From the NCBI GenBank assembly GCA_903915155.1, contig CAIWRU010000018.1, positions 2,344 to 66,343 on the forward strand: a stretch of 64,000 bases of DNA. Reading direction: 5' to 3'. The stretch comes from an uncultured Mucilaginibacter sp. Its GTDB lineage: Bacteria; Bacteroidota; Bacteroidia; Sphingobacteriales; Sphingobacteriaceae. This document shows, one piece after another, positions 59,112 through 64,000 of the stretch (positions within the stretch are counted from its first letter, which is position 1; every line of letters begins with the position of its first letter). Under the pieces are notes generated by a model, which was not told where the DNA came from, did not search any database, and saw only the letters and a program-made list of their open reading frames with translations. The position numbers and the translations under genes were made by a program.

Positions 59112-60293
59112 ATGAAAAAACGCATCTATCTCATTCTCGCTATATTCGTTCTTGCCGACATTTATTTCTTCCAGCTTGTAAAAACATTAACCGCTAACGC
59201 CTTCATTGTAAATGGCTATTGGGCATTTGACCTGCTGCTTATTTTCGGCTTGTTATTTTTCTTTATTGTACGCACGCCCGGCAAAGGACCGGCGAAAGCA
59301 ATATCCTGGGTGATGGCGCTCGTTCTTTTATCGCTTGTGCCCAAAATATTCGCACTGCCGGTATTGCTGTTAGAAGATATTACACGACTGTTCCGCGGTT
59401 TTCCGCCGCGTAGCGTGTGGGTAAGCGAGTTGGCATTAGCAATTGCTGCCATACCGTTCCTGGGCTTATTGTTTGGGTTGACAAGGGGCGGCCACTATTA
59501 CAAGGTGCATAAAGAAACATTGTTTTTTGACGATCTTCCCGAAGGTTTCGACGGGTTCACTATTACGCAGCTTTCCGACATCCATTCCGGTAGTTTCACC
59601 AGCGAAAAAGGCGTGGAAAAAGGCGTGGCGATGGTGAACGAACAAAACTCCGACCTCATCCTTTTCACCGGCGACCTTGTAAACAACCAGGCGTCGGAAA
59701 TGGACCCATGGATACCCACCTTTGCTAGGTTAAAGGCACCCTATGGGAAATACTCGGTGTTGGGCAACCATGATTATGGCGACTATATGCGCTGGGAAAA
59801 AGAGGCCGATAAGCACGATAACCTTGTACGCCTGAAACAGGTACACGGCGAGATAGGCTTTAAACTGCTGCTGAACGATGCCGTCATCATAAAAAAGGGG
59901 GACGAAGAAATATCCCTGATCGGTGTGGAGAATTGGGGCAAGGGTGGTTTCCATAAATATGGCGACCTTAAAAAAGCCGCTGCCAAAGTACCGCACAAAG
60001 CATTCAAGATCCTCATGTCGCACGACCCATCGCACTGGGATGCAGTAACGCTGGGCCATGACCGACACATACACCTTACACTGTCGGGCCATACACACGG
60101 CATGCAATTTGGTATTGAGCTGTTTGGTTTTAAATGGAGCCCCATTAAATACGTGTACCGCCAATGGGCAGGGCTATATCAAACGGCCGGAAAATATCTG
60201 TATGTGAATCGTGGTTTCGGGTTCCTGGGCCTCAAGGGCCGTGTAGGTATATGGCCGGAAATAACGGTTCTTACACTAAAACGGAAAAAGTAA
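59112..60293 (+). CDS. Membrane-anchored metallophosphoesterase (YkuE/YaeI-like)
   Basis: SDIHSG, FTGDLVN, VLGNHDY, SHDP, SGHTHGMQ. Confidence 0.93.
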   Translation: MKKRIYLILAIFVLADIYFFQLVKTLTANAFIVNGYWAFDLLLIFGLLFFFIVRTPGKGPAKAISWVMALVLLSLVPKIFALPVLLLEDITRLFRGFPPRSVWVSELALAIAAIPFLGLLFGLTRGGHYYKVHKETLFFDDLPEGFDGFTITQLSDIHSGSFTSEKGVEKGVAMVNEQNSDLILFTGDLVNNQASEMDPWIPTFARLKAPYGKYSVLGNHDYGDYMRWEKEADKHDNLVRLKQVHGEIGFKLLLNDAVIIKKGDEEISLIGVENWGKGGFHKYGDLKKAAAKVPHKAFKILMSHDPSHWDAVTLGHDRHIHLTLSGHTHGMQFGIELFGFKWSPIKYVYRQWAGLYQTAGKYLYVNRGFGFLGLKGRVGIWPEITVLTLKRKK

Positions 60294-60316
60294 ATAAGTC
60301 CCTTTATCGGGCGAAC

Positions 60317-60547
60317 TTATACTACTGCAAGCTGTTTAATATTCAGCAAGGCATGAATATCAACTTCGAGTACACTCGCAATTTTAAAAACGGTTTCAAC
60401 TGTTATGCGGGTGCGGCCCATCTCCATTTTGCTGTAAGCATTTTGTGAAATTTTTAATTGATGCGCCAGGTATTCCTGTGAATAATTGCGCATCAAACGT
60501 GCATTACGCAGGTTCAACGCAATTCTTTTATTTATCTGGTCAAGCAT
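60317..60547 (-). CDS. XRE-family HTH regulator
   Basis: YSQEYLAHQLKISQNAYSKME.G.T.I. Confidence 0.88.
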   Translation of the reverse strand: MLDQINKRIALNLRNARLMRNYSQEYLAHQLKISQNAYSKMEMGRTRITVETVFKIASVLEVDIHALLNIKQLAVV

Positions 60548-60712
60548 TCCTAAAAGTTTTAAACTTACTAACGAAGAAAATTATCGCACGGTTTTTTCTT
60601 TTAGGATATTTTGATATTTCTTTGGATTTGAGAAGCGGGGCCTTTAAAAAGGGCAAAAAGAGTCAACGGGTTGCCATCAATCCTAGTTTGAATTAATAAC
60701 GTAACCCTTAGC

Positions 60713-61858
60713 TTAACTAATAACCGCCATCATATACTCAATGGCCCCGTCAGCATGTAGTGCTGCAGTAGCTTCCATGGTTTGTTCGGCGGTGACGCCG
60801 GCCCTTGCCCGCATCTCCGTTTCATATGCCGCAATTGCCGACTGCACATCATCAAAATCATCGCTTGTTAAGCAAAGTCCCAATTCCAGCGCGTCGAGCA
60901 TTGCCATGTTTACGCCTTCTCCGGCAAATGGTGGCATCAGGTGCGCCGCATCGCCCAGCATAGTAAGGTTAGGTAAAGCATCCCAGTTTTGATCAAAGGG
61001 CATACAATATTGCGGACGCGGCACATAATCGGTGCTTGCATTTTCAAACAATTCGAGCCATAGGGCATCCCAACCGGCATATTCCTTTTTAAACCATTCC
61101 ATTACTTGTGCTTTATCGGCAAAATCAATTCCAATTGCTTTGGTCCAGTCTTCATCGCAGTTAAAACTAGCATAAAAAACCAGACTGCCGTCACCTTTCG
61201 AACTTACGATAAGGCTTTTGGTATCACCCATGGCAAATATTTTACCGCCATTAAGCAGTTCATGTATTTTAGGGATCACCACCGCAGAATTATATACCGC
61301 ACCTTCCACCGCCGTAATTCCCGAATAAAAAGGCCGGATGGGCGTAATATACGGCCGTAATTTTGAGTTCGCCCCGTCTGCCGCTATCACAATATCGGCA
61401 AAAGCACTATGGCCGTTCTCAAAATCAAGCTTGCATGCGCCGTTTTGCTGTGATAACGATACAAACTTGCTGCCCCACACTACCGTACCCGGCAGCAGTG
61501 ATTCTAGTAATATTTTCTGTAGCGGGCCGCGGTCTATTTCCGGGCGATTGGAACCATCCCGTCCGTCTGTATCATCATCAAAAACAATATTGGCATGCTT
61601 GTCAGTAATACATAGTTTATCAGCACCCGGGCGATAGTTGGCCCAAAACTCGTCTATCAATCCTGCTTCACGTAAAGCCCGCAGCCCTGATTCTTCATGC
61701 AGGTCCAGGGTAGCGCCTTTCGCCCTGGCTTCGCTGTTCATGTCCCTTTCATACACGGTAACATCGGCGCCGTTCATTTGCAATATCCGCGCAAGTGTAA
61801 GCCCGCCGGGCCCGCCGCCAACAATGGCTATGCTTTTATCTTTTATTAGCTTATTCAT
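60713..61858 (-). CDS. FAD-dependent monooxygenase, TetX-like clade
   Basis: GGGPGGLT, YERD...GATLDLH, NRPEIDR, GDAAHLMPPFAGEGVN; 381 aa. Confidence 0.85.
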   Translation of the reverse strand: MNKLIKDKSIAIVGGGPGGLTLARILQMNGADVTVYERDMNSEARAKGATLDLHEESGLRALREAGLIDEFWANYRPGADKLCITDKHANIVFDDDTDGRDGSNRPEIDRGPLQKILLESLLPGTVVWGSKFVSLSQQNGACKLDFENGHSAFADIVIAADGANSKLRPYITPIRPFYSGITAVEGAVYNSAVVIPKIHELLNGGKIFAMGDTKSLIVSSKGDGSLVFYASFNCDEDWTKAIGIDFADKAQVMEWFKKEYAGWDALWLELFENASTDYVPRPQYCMPFDQNWDALPNLTMLGDAAHLMPPFAGEGVNMAMLDALELGLCLTSDDFDDVQSAIAAYETEMRARAGVTAEQTMEATAALHADGAIEYMMAVIS

Positions 61859-62059
61859 AGTTTGGTTTGTCTGTTATTGGTAATGACGAATGACAAGGCC
61901 AATAATTCTATTTTTTTGAAAAATATTTTTTTTCATAGTTGGCCATATCCTGTCTTGATACTTGCTACTCCTCCCAAAGCAAACGTTTGTGCTGTTATTT
62001 AATAAACCTGTTCATTATTAATAAGTTAATTTTAAAAAACACACCAACTACCCAACACT

Positions 62060-63362
62060 ATGAGAACACTTAAACTTTTACTTCCTGTTGTATTTTTGGT
62101 AGCGGCATTTACTTTTTCAATATCATGTAAGAAAGACGCGACCCACACTAGCCCCGACACTACCACCCCCCCCCATTAAAACTGCTACAGATACCATCCC
62201 GCTAAGCAACGCTTATGGCGCTCCGGATGAGAACAATATAAACATAGCCGATGACGGCACCCACAATTGGACCAGCAATAAGGATACGGCCCGCGTTTAC
62301 GCCACTTTTAATAATACAGGCGTATTAAATGTTTCCATAATGGCAAAAGCACCGGCCGGCGATTGCACCGTGCTTATTGAAATAGGCACCCAAACCCTCA
62401 CTGTAAAAGTGCCACAAAATGCCAACTACAATATCATACCTGCCGGCACCATAAACATAAACAGCACTGGCATTAAAGCCATCCAAATAATTGGTAAAAA
62501 CCAGGTCGGCGGCTATTTTCCCGATATACGATCATTGCTTATATCCGGCGCAGCAAGTGTTGATGCCTGGTATAATAGGTCGGCATATCGCACCTGTGCT
62601 TCGGTGCATGATGGCTATAATATCCCCTCCGGCGATACCGCGTCATGGTTTTATAACGAGATAAACGTACACCCGGGCAGCGATGTAGTTAACACCTTTT
62701 TTATGGCGAATGGTTTTTATAATGGCTATTTCGGCATACAGGTAAACAGCCCGACCGAGCGCCGCATCATATTTTCGATATGGAGCGATTACGATACCAA
62801 CAACCCCAACGAAGTACCTTCGGCCTATGCGGTAACGCTGGTTGAAAAGGGCAGTATGGTAACTACCGAAGAAACATTTGGTAACGAAGGCACCGGCAGG
62901 CATTCCATAGCGGTGTATCCATGGGTTACGGGCACCACGTATAAATTTTTAGTGCATTCCGTACCCGATGCTAATGGGATCACTTACTCCGGGTTTATTT
63001 TCCTTAACAATAAATGGAACCTCGTAGCAAAATACTACAAACCCATTGGCAATGCCAATATGGATGGGTTGTATTCATTCATTGAGGATTTTGGCGGTGG
63101 CCTTAACAGCTACAAACAACGCAGCATGACCATGCAGAACCAGTACATTGTAACCACGCACGGCAAATGGGTGCAATTAACCAGTGCCTATTTTACCACA
63201 ACCACGCACGACGATAATTTTTCGCGCACCGACTACGGCAATGCTATAAACAACACCGGTTATAACATGTTCACCGGTGGCTTTGTGCCGCAAACGGCTA
63301 TGGATAACCAAAACTTTAACTGTAACACTGGTAAAACGCCAAATGTGACGTTGCCTGAGTAA
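62060..63362 (+). pseudogene. DUF5077/DUF3472-like lipoprotein gene frameshifted at a poly-C9 tract
   Basis: ATG 62060 gives a lipoprotein signal (FSISC-KKD) and stops at 62179; with C8 the frame runs into ORF 62340-63362 (WFYNEI, GYFGIQVNS, ERRIIFSIW), 433 aa in total. Confidence 0.82.
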
Positions 63363-63642
63363 ATAAATTTTATCAGAGTTATTGCAATAGGCACGAACTC
63401 ATACAGGCATCGAGACGTAATTTATTCTATTGATATACAGTTGATTATATCTTACTAGCAAAACAGTGTCACCACTTTTCCCGTACTGTCTTCGTAACTT
63501 ACAGTATTCCGCAAGCATGGGCCGTGAGACTAATGTTTGTGTAGTTCTTTGAAATATCTTTAGAATAAATGCAGAACCGCACCAACATCACAAGTTGGTT
63601 TTGCCGGGAGGCATATCAATTTTCTTAAGTCAAAGTTTTTTA

Positions 63643-63720
63643 CCCTCTTTGCGGCTTACCCCGCAGAGAGGGTGGTCGGGCGAAGCAACGACCGGTCCGA
63701 AGAACTCCTACGGAGGTGAG
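63643..63720. repeat. Composite intergenic palindromic element with a nested REP
   Basis: ccctctttgcgg/ccgcagagaggg, ggtcg/cgacc, ctcc-tac-ggag. Confidence 0.6.
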
Positions 63721-63753
63721 TAAACGGAGCGCGTTCATTGCCGCATTGGTATA

Positions 63754-64000
63754 TTACACAGCTTCAACAGCCGCAGCGGTTTCCTCAACTATCGGTGCCT
63801 TTTTAGCCTGCATTTTTACTGTACGTAAATGTACCAGGTGTAATATACCCACCAACAGCGCAAGTATACCTTCTATCAGCAACACATTTTTTGTCCCTAT
63901 TATTTCCGATACCCATCCCACAAATAAACCGCCAAACGGCATCATGCCAAAAACGGCCATCGCAAAAAAACTGATCACCCTGCCGCGCATGGCCGGTTCG
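63754..64000 (-). CDS. MFS transporter, 3' part; runs off the window edge
   Basis: MRGRVISFFAMAVFGMMPFGGLFVG motif typical of the last MFS helices. Confidence 0.8.
   Translation of the reverse strand, partial: EPAMRGRVISFFAMAVFGMMPFGGLFVGWVSEIIGTKNVLLIEGILALLVGILHLVHLRTVKMQAKKAPIVEETAAAVEAV

Noticed and set aside
60317-61858. XRE regulator + TetX-like gene as a mobile resistance unit
   Set aside because: No mobility genes or compositional anomaly; the regulator lies downstream with a 165-bp gap.
63400-63600. Possible IS remnant after the DUF3472 gene
   Set aside because: Only a small hairpin (tactgt/acagta); no transposase fragment or terminal repeat pair could be identified.

Overview
A mostly housekeeping 64-kb chromosomal segment from a Bacteroidota bacterium; gene content and order look like Sphingobacteriaceae/Mucilaginibacter (inference). 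It carries polA, tag, trmB, rbfA, two lepB copies, dapB, parAB, parE, cdd and tilS, plus two-component genes, GH78 and GH20 glycosidases, a TonB receptor and a T9SS cargo protein. I saw no rRNA, tRNA, CRISPR array, integrase or intact transposase. The best candidate for an undescribed system is an AT-rich islet at about 20350-22915. There a restriction-modification controller (C) protein has a tandem C-box operator laid over a TTGACA-N17-TATAGT promoter. It is translationally coupled to a PD-(D/E)xK nuclease + SF1 (DUF2075/Schlafen-group-3-like) helicase rather than a Type II endonuclease, and no methyltransferase lies nearby. Other points of note: inverted 7-, 8- and 9-mer repeat arrays (one pair brackets a four-helix-bundle gene, and two arrays are translated into neighbouring proteins); helically phased A/T tracts; a poly-C9 frameshift in a lipoprotein gene; a TetX-like monooxygenase; a stand-alone HisKA mini-protein; several REP/MITE-like elements; and a candidate sRNA. 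All family assignments come from motif recognition by eye, without database searches. The three reading-frame disruptions all sit in homopolymers and could be sequencing errors.
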